DNA from: the human T2T-CHM13v2.0 reference genome, Homo sapiens
Reading direction: 5' to 3' (one strand)
Assembly (NCBI RefSeq): GCF_009914755.1
Contig: NC_060928.1
Length of the DNA: 64,000 nt
Shown here: positions 51,431 to 64,000 of the stretch, piece by piece
How the letters are laid out: every line of letters starts with the position of its first letter
How positions within the stretch are numbered: the first letter of the stretch is position 1
Notes under the pieces: model-generated
The model's input: only the letters and a program-made list of their open reading frames with translations
Databases searched by the model: none
Told to the model about the DNA's origin: nothing
Translations under genes and position numbers: made by a program

Positions 51431-53397
51431 CCTTATAACATTTACTGAACATTCTGTAATAATTCCCATAATTCTTAGATTTTTAATTCTTATTTTTATA
51501 TTAAATGGATCAGTCACCAATACCAAGCTTTTTATAACATGGTTTCAGCATTCCTGAGTTTTGTACCCACACACTTTACATAGAGTAATAAGTCAAATTT
51601 TCTAAATTAATGAGATTAAAAGGTCTTATTAAAATAAATGTATGGAATCTAAATGTCTTTAAGAAGGTAACAGTTTCGAATTCTGACACAACAACAAAAA
51701 ATCATGGTCACCATGATCTAGAATTCTGGCCCGATAACAATTATTTATTTACAGAAAATAAATTACATAGTAAGTCATAAATTCAGTCCAACAACTGGAC
51801 TCAGCCTCCACTTAAATATAATCCATAATCTAATGTCAAAAACAATTTTAGAGTTAAACCAAAGAATCAGAAAGAATTATTGGCTGTAATGAACATCAAA
51901 AGATATATTTACTTCTAACAAGAATATATGGCCAGCTGATTGTTAATAAAACGGAAAAAAAATAAGGTAAGGAGGACGAGAAGCATTAGAGCTTTCCAAT
52001 GTCTTCTGCATCCTGGGCATGTTATTTTTCTCAGTTCAACACACGTTTGAAGACCTATTATATTCTAAGCACTATGCTAGGTTCTGTAGACACAAAAATG
52101 ATTAACTCTATTGTCAAAGGGCTTAGAATCACTTGTCTCTGAGGTTGAAAGCATTATTCTCACTCTTCATATACAGAAAACTGCAACTACGAGAAGTTTA
52201 TTGCTGACGTTAAAAAGTGGCCCGGGGAGCTGGCTTTAAAACTAAGTGTTTCTGACTCAAAGAGACATTAGCCAAAGATGTCTTACCGGTTGAGAATCAC
52301 TTACGATGCTAGTTAAAAATACAGATTCTCAGGTCCCTCTCCCTAGACACAGTGTTTCAAAAGATCTGAAATGAAGTCCAAGGAATCTCTGCTTTTGCAA
52401 ATTATCACAGGGGATATTCATAATCAGGTGAAATTTGTTAAGAACACCACACATCTCACTGAAACGAAGTTTAAGCAAGTCTCTCAGACCAAGGTACAGG
52501 CAACTTTTTGTTTTCTTAAACTCTCTGGAGGGCGCAGAGTCACCTCCAAAAGTCCCAAATGAATCCCTTCACCCAGAGCAAAGAAGAATTTCTTCACCAC
52601 ATTTAAGTTTTTAAGATTTGACTTTTCCAGTTTTTGCCAATCCTCAGAGATCCAAACTATTGTCGCCTTATGCAATTCTCTGGCATCACGACAAGACAGC
52701 ATCAAAAAACAACAGAGCACCACCCTTTCCCTCGTCTTCCTTCAGGTGCTGATTCATTTTGGATGTGCATCGCTAGGAAAAAGGGCTGCTGAATATAAAT
52801 CGCAAAACTTCAATGCTGGATGACAACTTCTACACCCGTGAAGTTACACAGCTAGTTAATGGCGGGGCCAAGACCAGAATCTACACTTGCAGAACCTCTG
52901 CTCTGAGCTTTTCCCTACTCAACCTGACCTGTCCTGAAAGCGTAAGGGTGGCCTGGCCGCGCGTGTGGGACCGACCCGAGGAGGGACGAGAGACAGCAAA
53001 GAAGGCTGTGGTTCCTGCCCGGGAGGCGGGGGCTGCAGATTCCCCTCAGCTGCGCGTTTGCCTGGCCCTCACTTGGCAAAGGACAGCGAATGCAAATGAG
53101 GATGACTGTTAGGAATTTTTAACGAGTGTAGAGAGAGGTGTCAAGAAGAAGCCGCGAGAGAGGAGAGGGCAGGGACGCCTTCTCCCGTAGGCACAAATCC
53201 GGAGAGGACAACCAGGTCCGCGAGTGGCAATACGGGAGACCCCACGCGCCCCCAGCCTCGAGGTTCCTGAGCACCCATTCCGCCCCGGCCCGGCGTCCCA
53301 GTCTCAGCACAAAGGCCGCACAGGGCGAAGTTGCCGTCGGGTCCCCCGACCCGAGTCCCCTTCTTGGCGCCCCCGCCGCACCCCCCGCTAAACTTAC

Positions 53398-53480
53398 CGG
53401 CAGACCCAATGGTTCTTCGACGCTGGAACAGCGGGAACAAGCAACACCCAACCACCCGAGAGCGACCCCAGCTGACCAGT
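53398..53480 (-). other. GNPDA2: GNPDA2 non-coding exon 1 (5' end approximate)
   Basis: Strong donor CCG|gtaagt at 53398/53397 inside the CpG island, just downstream (on - strand) of an NRF1 site; TSS cannot be fixed from sequence. Confidence 0.7.
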
Positions 53481-53551
53481 GGAGCGCGAATCCCACGGAC
53501 CCGGATGCAGATAAAGGCGCAGGAAGGAACCGCGGCGTGGCTGGCGGGCGC

Positions 53552-53563
53552 TGCGCATGCGCA
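53552..53563. promoter_or_regulatory. NRF1 binding site
   Basis: Perfect palindromic consensus TGCGCATGCGCA. Confidence 0.85.
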
Positions 53564-54491
53564 CCGCCTTTAGGACGCCTGAGGTGAGACGCGAGGAGTT
53601 CGGTCCGAGTGCGGTGCGGCTGGGCGCTCTTCTTGCCTGGAAGATCGCAGTTTCTGGGTCATCACTTTACGCTACTTTCCCCTCCCCCCCATCTTTCAAA
53701 GAGGGATTTGCAGTAGATTCTTTAGGCTTATGAGATTTAGTATGTAAGACCGTAGTGCTCACACGTACTTTGTTGCTTATGTTGCTGTTTGGCAACATGA
53801 ATATATTTGCCATTTATGAATACATTTCTCTCTCTACTCCAAGCTATTGAATGCATATTTGCAAACGCAATGACAGATAAGCGTCTTGTGTCAAAAAACT
53901 CATCAAAGTTTGCAAAAGGGCAAACAGTACCATGGGAAATCGGGAGCGTCTCAGTAAGAGAAAACACTATATAATAGGGTACTGGCTTTTGCTGAATGAG
54001 TCTAAGAAAGGGATAGGGGAAGCTGGAATCAGCTTTGAGCTGGGTATCACAGATGTTTATACAGGAGTGGGAAGGAATTGGGCTGTGGAAATTATTGTAA
54101 AGAAAGCAGCTATCATTCAAAAGGAGAAAAGTGTGTTGTGTCTTCACCATGTTCCATCAGGAACACTGTTCCATTAATAACACCGTTTAGGGTTCTGTTA
54201 GGAACAATACAATCTTGACTCCTAGCCAACTTAAGGTTCTGTTTCTGTGGAAACTACAAGTTAAAAAAATGTAAAACGCTGTGTCCTCAAACTCGTTATA
54301 TGAAGTTTTTCACCTGGGTTGTAAATCCAGCCTGCTTCTTTGAATGTAATGACTCCTCTTGCATCCTTTAGTGAAGAGTAGGATGTTACATTCTCGTTGA
54401 TTTAGCTTCAAACAGCAACATTGCTCACATACTGATAATAGACAGGTTTATTAGTACTATCGCCTTCAGTAAGTTTGCAAAAGCGATTTTT

Positions 54492-54617
54492 GGCCAGATT
54501 CGGTGACTCACGCCTGTAATCCCAGCACTTTCAGAGGTCATGGTGCATGGATGGCTTGAACCCAGGAGTTGGAGACCAGCCTGGGCAACATAGCAAGACC
54601 CTGTCTCTCCAAAAAAG
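54492..54617 (+). mobile_element. FLAM_C-like Alu monomer
   Basis: Single arm ending cctgggcaacatagcaagaccctgtctc plus A tail. Confidence 0.85.
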
Positions 54618-55030
54618 ATTGAGGTAAAATGATGAAGTAGTTTGTAGGCTATGCATAGAATTTAGGCTTTGTATTGTAGGCAATAGGGAGTCACTTAAGC
54701 TTTATGAATTGAAGATAAGAGACTAGAACATACGTGTTTTAGAAAGAATGCTGTAGAAAGGTGGAGACTGAATTACAGTCTTGAATTACAGATATGTGCC
54801 ACATAAGGAAGTTTAGGTAAAGAATGGACTGGATATTTGGCAATGGTCCCATAAGATTATAACAGAACTGAAAAATTCCTATCACCTAGCGACATTGTAG
54901 TAAACGTAAAGTTGTAGAGCAACACCACTCGTGTTTGTGGCTACATAGGTGTAAACCTACTGTGCTTCCAGTCTCATAAAAGTCTAGCACATACAATTAT
55001 GTACAGGATATAATACTTGATAATAAATGA

Positions 55031-55416
<386 letters not shown>

Positions 55417-55695
55417 CTATTTATATTTTTAAAAGTTAACTATAAAACAGCCTCAAGGAGGTCTTTCAGGAGGTATTCCAGAAGAAGGCATTGTTATTAT
55501 AGATGAGAGCTCCATGTGCATTATTGCCCTGATGAACTTCCAGTGGGATAAGATGTGAAAGTGAAAGACAGGGAGATTGATAATCCTGACCTTGTGTAGG
55601 CCTAGGCTAACATGTGTGTTTGTGTCTTCATTTTAACAAAAAAATTTGAATAGGAAAAAAATTAAAAATAGATTTTAAAATAAAAAAACTTATAG

Positions 55696-56074
<379 letters not shown>

Positions 56075-59000
56075 AAAAAGTTTTTTAAAAATTTAAATAT
56101 AAAGTAAGAAAGCTACAGGAAATTAAATTTACTATTGAAGAAAAAAAACATCGTTTTATAAATTTAGTGTAGCCTAACTCTACATTGTTTATAAAATCTA
56201 CAGTAGTGTACAGTAATGTCCTAGGTCTTCACATTCACTCACCACTCATTCACTGACTTACCCAGAGCACCCTCCAGTCCTGCAAGCTCCTTTCATGGTA
56301 AATGTCCTATACAGGTGTACTGTTAATATTTTTTAATTTTTATACTTTTTTTTTTACTATACCTTTTCTTTGTTTAGATATGCAAATATATACCATTGTG
56401 TTACATTGCTTACCGTATTCAGTAATATGCTGTACAGGTTTGTAGTCTAGGAGCAATAGGCTATACCATATATGTGTAGTTTGTGTATATATGCTAGGTT
56501 TGTGTGCATATACTGTATAACATTCACACTATAATGAAATCGTCTGAAGATGCATTTCTCAGAATGTATCCCCATAATTAAGTGATGCATGACTGTATGT
56601 TATGAAGACTCCAACACGGAACGACTCTGAGTGTACCTTGTATTTTTCCTACCCAGCCTTGGTATCAGGCATTTCACTAATAGCTGATAGTTGTTTTATT
56701 AATCAACAATGGATGTTGAATTTTGTCAAACACTTTCTATGTATCTATTGAAATGGTTGTATGGTTTTCCACTCTAATATGTTGGTGAATTCAATGTTGA
56801 GTGCACTTTTATTGCTGGAGAAAATTAGATTTGGTCATTGTTTTTCTTGGTCAGGGTCTTTCTTATACATTTATTGTTGGGTTCAATGTTCTAAAATTTT
56901 GTTTAAAAATTTTACACCTATGTGTATGAGGGATATCAGTCCATAGTTTTTTTGTTTATTAGTTTTTTTTTGTGTGTGAAGTCTTTGTCTAGTTTTAGTA
57001 TCATAGTAATAACAAACTTATAAATTGAGTGGGAAAATTTCCCTCTTCAATGTTTTGGAATAATTTGTGTTGAATTATAGTAACATAATGTATTCTTTAA
57101 ATACTTGATAGAATTCACTAGAGAAGCCGTACGTACATAGAGTTTTCTTTTTTGAAAAAATTTAACTATAAATCCAATTTCCTGAATAAATACAGGATTA
57201 TTCAGGTTATCTATTACATAATTTTCATCGAGATGTAATTCACATACTATAAACTCAGGCTTTTAAAGTATACAGTTCAGTGACTTTCAGTATACTCACA
57301 ATGATATGTAACCATCACCACTATCTAATTCTGTTTTTCTATTTCTATCCCCCACCCCACATCAAAAGAGACCTCATCACCTGTTAGCAGTCACTTCCAA
57401 TTCTCCCTCCCCTACCTGATTTCCTGGCAACCACTAGTATACTTCCTCTCTCTGTGGATTTGCCTATTCTAGATATTTCATATAAATGGAATCCATATGT
57501 GGCCTTTTTTTGTCTTGTTTCTTTCACTTTGCACCATATTTTCTAGCTCCATCCATGTTGTACTTCATTACATTTTATTGCAGAGTAATATTCCATTGTG
57601 TTGATATACCACATTTTGTTTATCTACTTGCTAGTTAATAGACATTTGGATTGTTTCCTGCTGCTATGAGCATTTAAACAAAAGTTTTTGTGTGAACATT
57701 TATTTTCAATTCTCTTGGATATATACCTGGAAGTGGAATTCCTCAGCCATATGGTAACTAGATGATTAACTTTTTGAAGAGCTGCCAAACTGTTTTCACA
57801 GCAACTGTACCATTTCATATTCCACCAAAAATGCATGAGGATTAAAAATTTCTCACACCCTTGCCAACACTTGTTATTTTCTATCTTTTTTATTATAGTG
57901 ATTCTAGTGGATATGAAATGATTCGAATATGCGTTTCTCTAAAGACTTATGATGTTGAGCGTCTTTTCATGTGATAATTGCACTTTTGATATCTTATTTG
58001 GAGAACTGTCTATTCAAATCATTTCTTGATTTTTAAATTGGGCTATTTGTTTTTTATTGTTGAATTATAAGAGGTTTTCATATATTCTCAATAGTAGAGC
58101 CATATCAGATATATGATTTAGAAATATTTCCCTATTTTATGATTTATCTTTTCAGTTTCTTGATACTGTCCTTGGAAGGAAAAACATTTTTTTAATTTGA
58201 TGAAGTCCAGTTTATCTACTTTTTCTTCAGATGTCATGATTTTGATGTGCTAGCTATGTAACTAGAAAAATTTGGGCTTGTATTTTGTGTCTTTTTTCCT
58301 TTTATTTTTCCAGTTATTCATTTTTATCATATTTTACAAAAGCACTGGTTTGTGACAAATTGAAAATTTAAAAAAAATATATCCTTCACCACAGATAGCT
58401 TGATAAGCGCTGTTTTTGAGAACTATCCTGTTTACACTGGCTAACATTTAGGGTATGTTTGTGGCCCTACACAGTGGCCAAAACAGGGTGCCAAGGGAAT
58501 GGGGGTGGAAGGGATCAGTCAGGGCACAGGTCATGAGCAGCTGCTGTGGGAGCTGTTCCCTTAACCAGGGAGGAAAGGGAAGCGGTGACTTCAAATCTTA
58601 AAATTCTCAAGGTCAGGAAGATTCACACCTATGATCTGTTATAAAAGTTTTGTAGTTTTATCTTTTACATTTAAGTCTTTGAGTTAATTTTTATATATCG
58701 TATGTGGTAGAGGTTCAACTTCATTCATTTACAGGTAGACATTCAATTGTTAAAGCATCATAGATAAAAAAGACTGTTCTTTCTCCCCTTGAAAGACTGT
58801 TCTTTCCCCCCTTGGCAAACTTACTGAAAATCAGTTGACCACAGAAACATGGGCTCTCAGTTCTATTCCATTGAGCTACATGTCTATCTTTATGCCAGAA
58901 CCACACTATTTTGATTAAGATCAATTTGTAATAAAGCTCAAAATCAGAAAATGTGAGTCATCCATGTCTTTCTTTTAGGCTGTTTTGGCTATCCTGGATA

Positions 59001-59341
59001 CCTTGCATTTCCATGTGAATTTTAGGATCAGCTTGACCATTTCTGGAAAAAAAAAGGCCATTGAAATTTTATAGTAATTATGCTGAATATATCGATCAAT
59101 TGGTGAGTATTACCATCTGAACTATATTAAGTCGATCAGTCCATGAACACAGGATGTCTTTCCACTTATTTAGCTCTTAATTTCTTTCAGCAATGTTTTG
59201 CAGTTTTCAGCACATAAGTCTTGAACCTTTTTGGTTAAATTTATTCCTAAGTATCTTTTTGATGCTATTGTAAAGGGAATTGTTTTCTTAATTTCATATT
59301 TGCATTGTTCTTTGCTAATGTACAAGAACACAACAGGTTTT

Positions 59342-60107
59342 GCAAAACCACAATGAGGTACCATCTCACACCAGTCAGAATGGCTATTATTAAAAGTTTA
59401 AAAAATAACAGATGCTGGTAAGGCTATGGAGAAAAGGGAACATTGATACACTGTTGGTGGGAATTTAAATTAGTTCAGCCAGTATGGAAAGCAGTTTGAA
59501 GATTTCTCAAAGAACTTAAAACAGAACTACTGTTCAACCCAGCATTCCCATTACTTGCATGTATACTGAAAGGAAATTAAATTTTTCTACCAAAAAAGAC
59601 ACATGCACTTGTATTTTCACCACAGCACTATTCACAATGGCAAAGACATGGAATCAACCTAGGTGCTCATCGATGGTGTATTGGATAAATAAAATGTGAT
59701 ACATACACACCATGGAATACTAGGCATCCACAATAAAGAATGAAATCACATTCTTTGCGGCAACATGGATGCAGCTGGAGGCCATTATCCTAAGCAAATT
59801 AATGCAGGAACAGAAAACCAAATACCATATGTTCTCATTTATCAGTGGGAGCTAAACATTTGAGTGCACATGGACAGAAAGATGGGAAAAATAGACACTA
59901 GGTTCTATTAGTCAGGAGAGGGAGGGGTGAAAAGCTACCTATTGGGTTCTATGCTTAGTGGGTGATGGGATCACTCATACCCCAAACTTCAATGTCACTC
60001 AATATACCCAAATAACAAACCTGCACATGTACCCCTTAATCTAAGAAAAAAGTTGAAGTTATTTTAAAAACAACAAAATGCAAAACAAAAAGCAAAGCAA
60101 AACAAAA
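59342..60107 (+). mobile_element. 5'-truncated L1 (old L1PA/L1PB 3' end) inserted in the opposite orientation into an older L1
   Basis: aaaaccacaatgaggtaccatctcacaccagtcagaatggc ... aacaaacctgcacatgtacccc plus A-rich tail. Confidence 0.88.
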
Positions 60108-60333
60108 TGAAAATACTCATATGTCAAAGATCATGGTGCCCAAAACAATCCATAAAGCCAGTACTTCTAGACTTGCAAATAATTCATTGCTCAATTAAAC
60201 TGTGTTTAAAAAATAAAAATAAAGCCAGGACTGGGTTAATAAGCAAAACAAACAAAGACAAAAAACAACTGAGTTTTAAATGTCAGTCTTGTATTCTGCA
60301 ACTTTGCTGAACTAGCTTATTAGCTATAAGAGT

Positions 60334-60366
60334 TGTGTGTGTGTGTCTGTGTGTGTGTGTGTGTGT
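60334..60366. repeat. (TG)n microsatellite
   Basis: Interrupted TG run. Confidence 0.9.
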
Positions 60367-61673
60367 AAGGATTTTCTATATGTAAGATTATATATAGTTA
60401 GTTTTACTTCCTTTCCAATTTGAGTGACATTTATTCCTTTTTCATGTTATTTGCTCTGGCTAGAACCTCCACAGCAATATTTAATACAAGACATCCTTGT
60501 CTTGTTCCTAATTTTGGAGAAGAGCTTTCAGTCTTTCACCATTAAGCATGAGGTTTGTGTGTTTTTCATGGATGCCATTTATCAGATTAAGGGAGTCCCC
60601 TTCTATTTTTAGTTTGCTGAGGGCTTTTTTAAATAAAAGTGTATTGGATTCTGTTACTTTTCTGTGTTTGTTGAGATAACTATTGGGTTTTTTGCTTTAG
60701 TCTATTAAATGGTGTTTACACTGATTTTCCTTATATTGAACTAACTTTACATACGTGGGCTAAATCTCATTTGGTAATGTACAATTCTTTTTAGATGTTG
60801 CTGGATTTCGTTAGTTAGTGTTTTGTTGAGGATTTTAACATCTATCTTTGTAATGCCACTAATCTGTAGTTTTCTTTTCTTTTGACGTCTTTGTCTGGCT
60901 TTGGTATCAGAGTAATATGGGCCTCATAGAATTAGTTAGAAAGTTTACTCTCCTCTTTTTGTTGAGAAAAACTGATGTTAATTCCTAGAATTTGCCAGTG
61001 AAATGGTCTGTTCCAGGGCTTTTTATCTGTTAGAAGTTGTTCGATGGCTAATTCAGTCTCTTTACTTACTATTTATCTATTTGGATTTCCTTTCTTGAGT
61101 CAGTTTTGGTAGTTTGTGCATTTCTAGGAATTTGTTTCATCTAGATTCCTAGTTTGTTGGCATATAATCTAGATTACCTAGTTTGTTGGCATATAATCAT
61201 TCAGTGTACTTCTTTCTAATCCTTTTAGTTTTTGTGAGGTTGGTAGAAATATCCTCTCTTTCATTCTTGATTTTAGTTATTGGAATCATTTTCTTTTTTT
61301 TTTCTTAAAAGTTCATCAGTTTTGTTGATCTTTTCAAAAAACCAACTTTTGGTTTTGTTGATTCTTCTGCATTATTTTTCTATTTCCTATTTCTTTTATT
61401 TCCACTCTCCTCTTTATTATTCCCTTCCTTCTGCTTGCTTTGGCTTAAGATTTCTCTTCTTTTACTAGTTTCCAGAGTTTTTTGTTGCTGTTTGTAGTAA
61501 TTGTTTGTTTGTTTGTTTGTTTGTTTAGTGACTTTTCTGCACAAAAGTCACAAGTAAATTCTTTCATGTGTGTGGCCACTGAAATCTCTGTTCTGTTAGC
61601 CTAATGATCAGATAATGATTACGCAGAGATTCCCTTAAATGTCTGAATAATTCCACAGTCCTTGCTGAGTGAT

Positions 61674-61706
61674 TGTGTGTGTGTGTGTGTGTGCGTGTGT
61701 GTGTGT
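61674..61706. repeat. (TG)n microsatellite
   Basis: Interrupted TG run. Confidence 0.9.
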
Positions 61707-64000
61707 TGGGACACACCTGCAACACAGGCAGTTTACAACTCTGCTTTAGCCTTTACTTCCTCCTTGCACAGAGCCTATAGGTTAGCCATGGGTGAGAGCT
61801 TGGGGTCTCTCGGGTCTTTGTTGAGCGTGTACATCAACCTATGCATGTGTTTGACATTCTAGATTCCAAAGAACATGTTGGAGTTTTCAAGTCTCCAATG
61901 ATATCTTATTCCCCAGCATTTCCATGTTTTTTGGTTGATCTATTGTTTACCCCAAGTATTAACCATCAACTCAGCCAGCAGCAACTAAACAGTTTGCCTG
62001 TTAAGAATTTTTGACAAATGCCTCCTTCCTATTGGTAGTGACTTTATCACTAGATGAGTTCTGAGTTAGGCAAAATAAAGACAAGTCTTTCAGTGGATTC
62101 TTCCACAGTTCTTCTGTCTTAAACAAACAGGCTAAGTATGGCTGTTCTTTCGAAATGAGGCTTTGAAAGTGCTGCAGCCTTGTTTCTGCCACTGATCTGG
62201 GGAGTGAAGATGTGCCTAGGGTATGCTAAAACACCACAAAACTCACTATTCTTACTAATATTTAGCCACTTTCATTGAGTAAGTCATCCCCAGGTTTCTG
62301 CAAGTCTTTTGTTAATATATAGAGTTTTGAAACAATTGATTCTGATAGAGTTTGCTAGGTTTTCCTTTTGAAAATTTTCTCTTTAACTTCTTGAAAATAT
62401 GGAATAGAGTTATGATAAATGTTTTTATATTCTTATCTACTAATTCTATTATTTGTGTTATTTCTGATTATCTTTAAATTGATCAACTTTTATTCCTTTT
62501 ATTGTACATACTTTTCTACTTCTTTGTGTGCCTGTTAATTTTCCATTTGATAGTCACATTGTGAATTTTACCTTTTTGAGTGCTGGATATTATTGTTTTC
62601 CTAAAAATATCCTTGAGATTTGTTTTGGGACATGGCTAAGTTACTTAGAACTGTTAGGAAATAGTTTGGTCCATTTCAGACTTGTTTTTATTCATCTTTA
62701 GGTAGGATTAGAGCAGGGCTTTTTTCTAAGGTCAACTTTCCCTATTACGGAAGTAAGAACTTTCTTAGTATTCTAAACTTTACTTCATGAATTATGGTGT
62801 TTTCTCTTCTAGTTGTGGGTACAGACAATACGTCTTTCCCTACATGTGCCTCAGACACTGTTCTCTAACCTTTCAGGTATCTCTTTCCCTAGGCTCACAT
62901 AATTTCCTCAGATACTTGTGCTGATCAATACTCAGCTGAATCCTCCAGGGGAACACTTCCAGAGTTCTCTTACTGTGCAGAGATCTCCAGAGTTCTCTTT
63001 CTGTGTAGCTCTCTCCTCTTGGTTCTTTGCCTTGCAAACTTAGCCACCTTGGCTTTCCTGGACTCCCAGTTCTGTCCTCTCAACAGTGAGACAGTGGGTC
63101 TCTGTCTGAGTTCCTTTGCCCTATACTACAACATGGAAACTTTCTGTAGACATTAATCTAAGACAACCGTAGGGCTCGTTTTTTTGTTCCTCATCACTTA
63201 GGAAACTCTGTCCTTCACTGCTGAATGTCCAGTGTTTTCAAAGATGTTGTTTCATACATTTTGTCCCATTCCTTAGTTAAGTCAAGAGGGTAAATCAAAT
63301 CCCTATGAATGATCTCAGCTGGATTTAAAGAATGGTTGGCCCCTTCCAATACAATTCAGTAAAATCTCATTACCCAAATTCTGTCTAATGCTGAAAAATG
63401 TGTTGCTGTGGTTGGTGAAAAAGCAATACATTTTCTTCTGCCAGTTGTTACAACTTGTTTGCTCTCTATAAAGGGTGAGTATTAAATTTTCAGAGAGATC
63501 TTTATTAAAAAGTCATTATCAGCAATTATTTATAACTGTGTTAAGCATAAAACCTGATTGAAAAATACTGTGTTCATGGAATCAAGTTCAAAATTCTCAG
63601 GAAATAAAAATAAAAAGATGTTATTTGGAAGTTTCATATAAATTGAAGGTTAATGTCTTTCTTAATATTTTGTATTTCATTTTTCTTGTCTGAATTATGT
63701 AAAAGGAAATTGAAAACATTTGTAAGCCCGTAGATGAGAAGTCAGTCAAAATCTTGGAGGATCTTGGTGCTAGAAGTAGAAACTGAAGAAATGTAGATCA
63801 GCATGAGCGAGCGCGTGTATATTACTAAAGGGTACCCAGAAAGTTTGTATATGCATGTGTTTGTGTATAAATTTTTTTGCTCAGATTATGTAATAAAAGC
63901 AAAAATAAGGTCAGATTTGATTCAGAAAGAAGATAATTTTATAGAAATAATTACTTGCCATCTTGTGGCATACTGACTGCAAAAATAACCTTAATTCTCT

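Larger units (their letters stand above)
52950..53650 (-). promoter_or_regulatory. GNPDA2 CpG-island promoter
   Basis: CpG-dense, GC boxes, surrounds exon 1. Confidence 0.85.
56690..63300 (-). mobile_element. Nested, decayed L1M fragments (including an L1MB-like 3' end starting ~57225)
   Basis: T-rich antisense L1 sequence; ORF2-like remnants in ORFs 58721..58924 (WFWHKDRHVAQWNRTESP) and 59170..59364 (IPFTIASKRYLGINLTK); outer boundaries approximate. Confidence 0.75.

Noticed and set aside
53119-53587. Overlapping 80-149 aa ORFs on both strands at the GNPDA2 promoter
   Set aside because: GC-rich CpG island lacks stops by chance; the longest starts at GTG; low-complexity sequence with no recognisable domain.
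57624-59364. Reverse-transcriptase/ORF2-like peptides
   Set aside because: Fragmented remnants of dead L1 copies; no intact ORF.
56690-61100. Similarity between ~56690-57215 and ~60640-61090
   Set aside because: Best explained as the same L1 ORF2 region in two independent old L1 copies, not a local duplication.

Overview
Human (primate) genomic DNA carrying two complete, convergently transcribed multi-exon genes, consistent with the GUF1-GNPDA2 locus on chr4p12. GUF1 (+ strand; mitochondrial EF4/LepA GTPase) has 17 coding exons, 5546..25602, giving 2010 nt = 669 aa. GNPDA2 (- strand; glucosamine-6-phosphate deaminase 2) has a non-coding exon 1 plus 6 coding exons, 49128..30002, giving 831 nt = 276 aa. 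I assembled both CDSs by hand with GT-AG introns and consistent phases. Each gene has a CpG-island promoter. The rest is Alu, L1/L2, MIR, solo LTRs and DNA-transposon fossils, many with readable target-site duplications (TSDs). I see no new protein-coding system; the other ORF-track entries are repeat-derived or chance. The most unusual signals are structural: (1) a circularly permuted ~535-bp duplication (B-A at 183-717 vs A-B at ~3178-3693) suggesting a circular DNA intermediate; (2) a probable L1 3' transduction; (3) a ~235-bp direct repeat flanking GUF1 exon 6; (4) an LTR-supplied poly(A) signal in the GUF1 3' region; (5) a GUF1 uORF; (6) an orphan insert inside an L1. Repeat subfamily names come from recalled consensus sequences and need RepeatMasker/Dfam confirmation.
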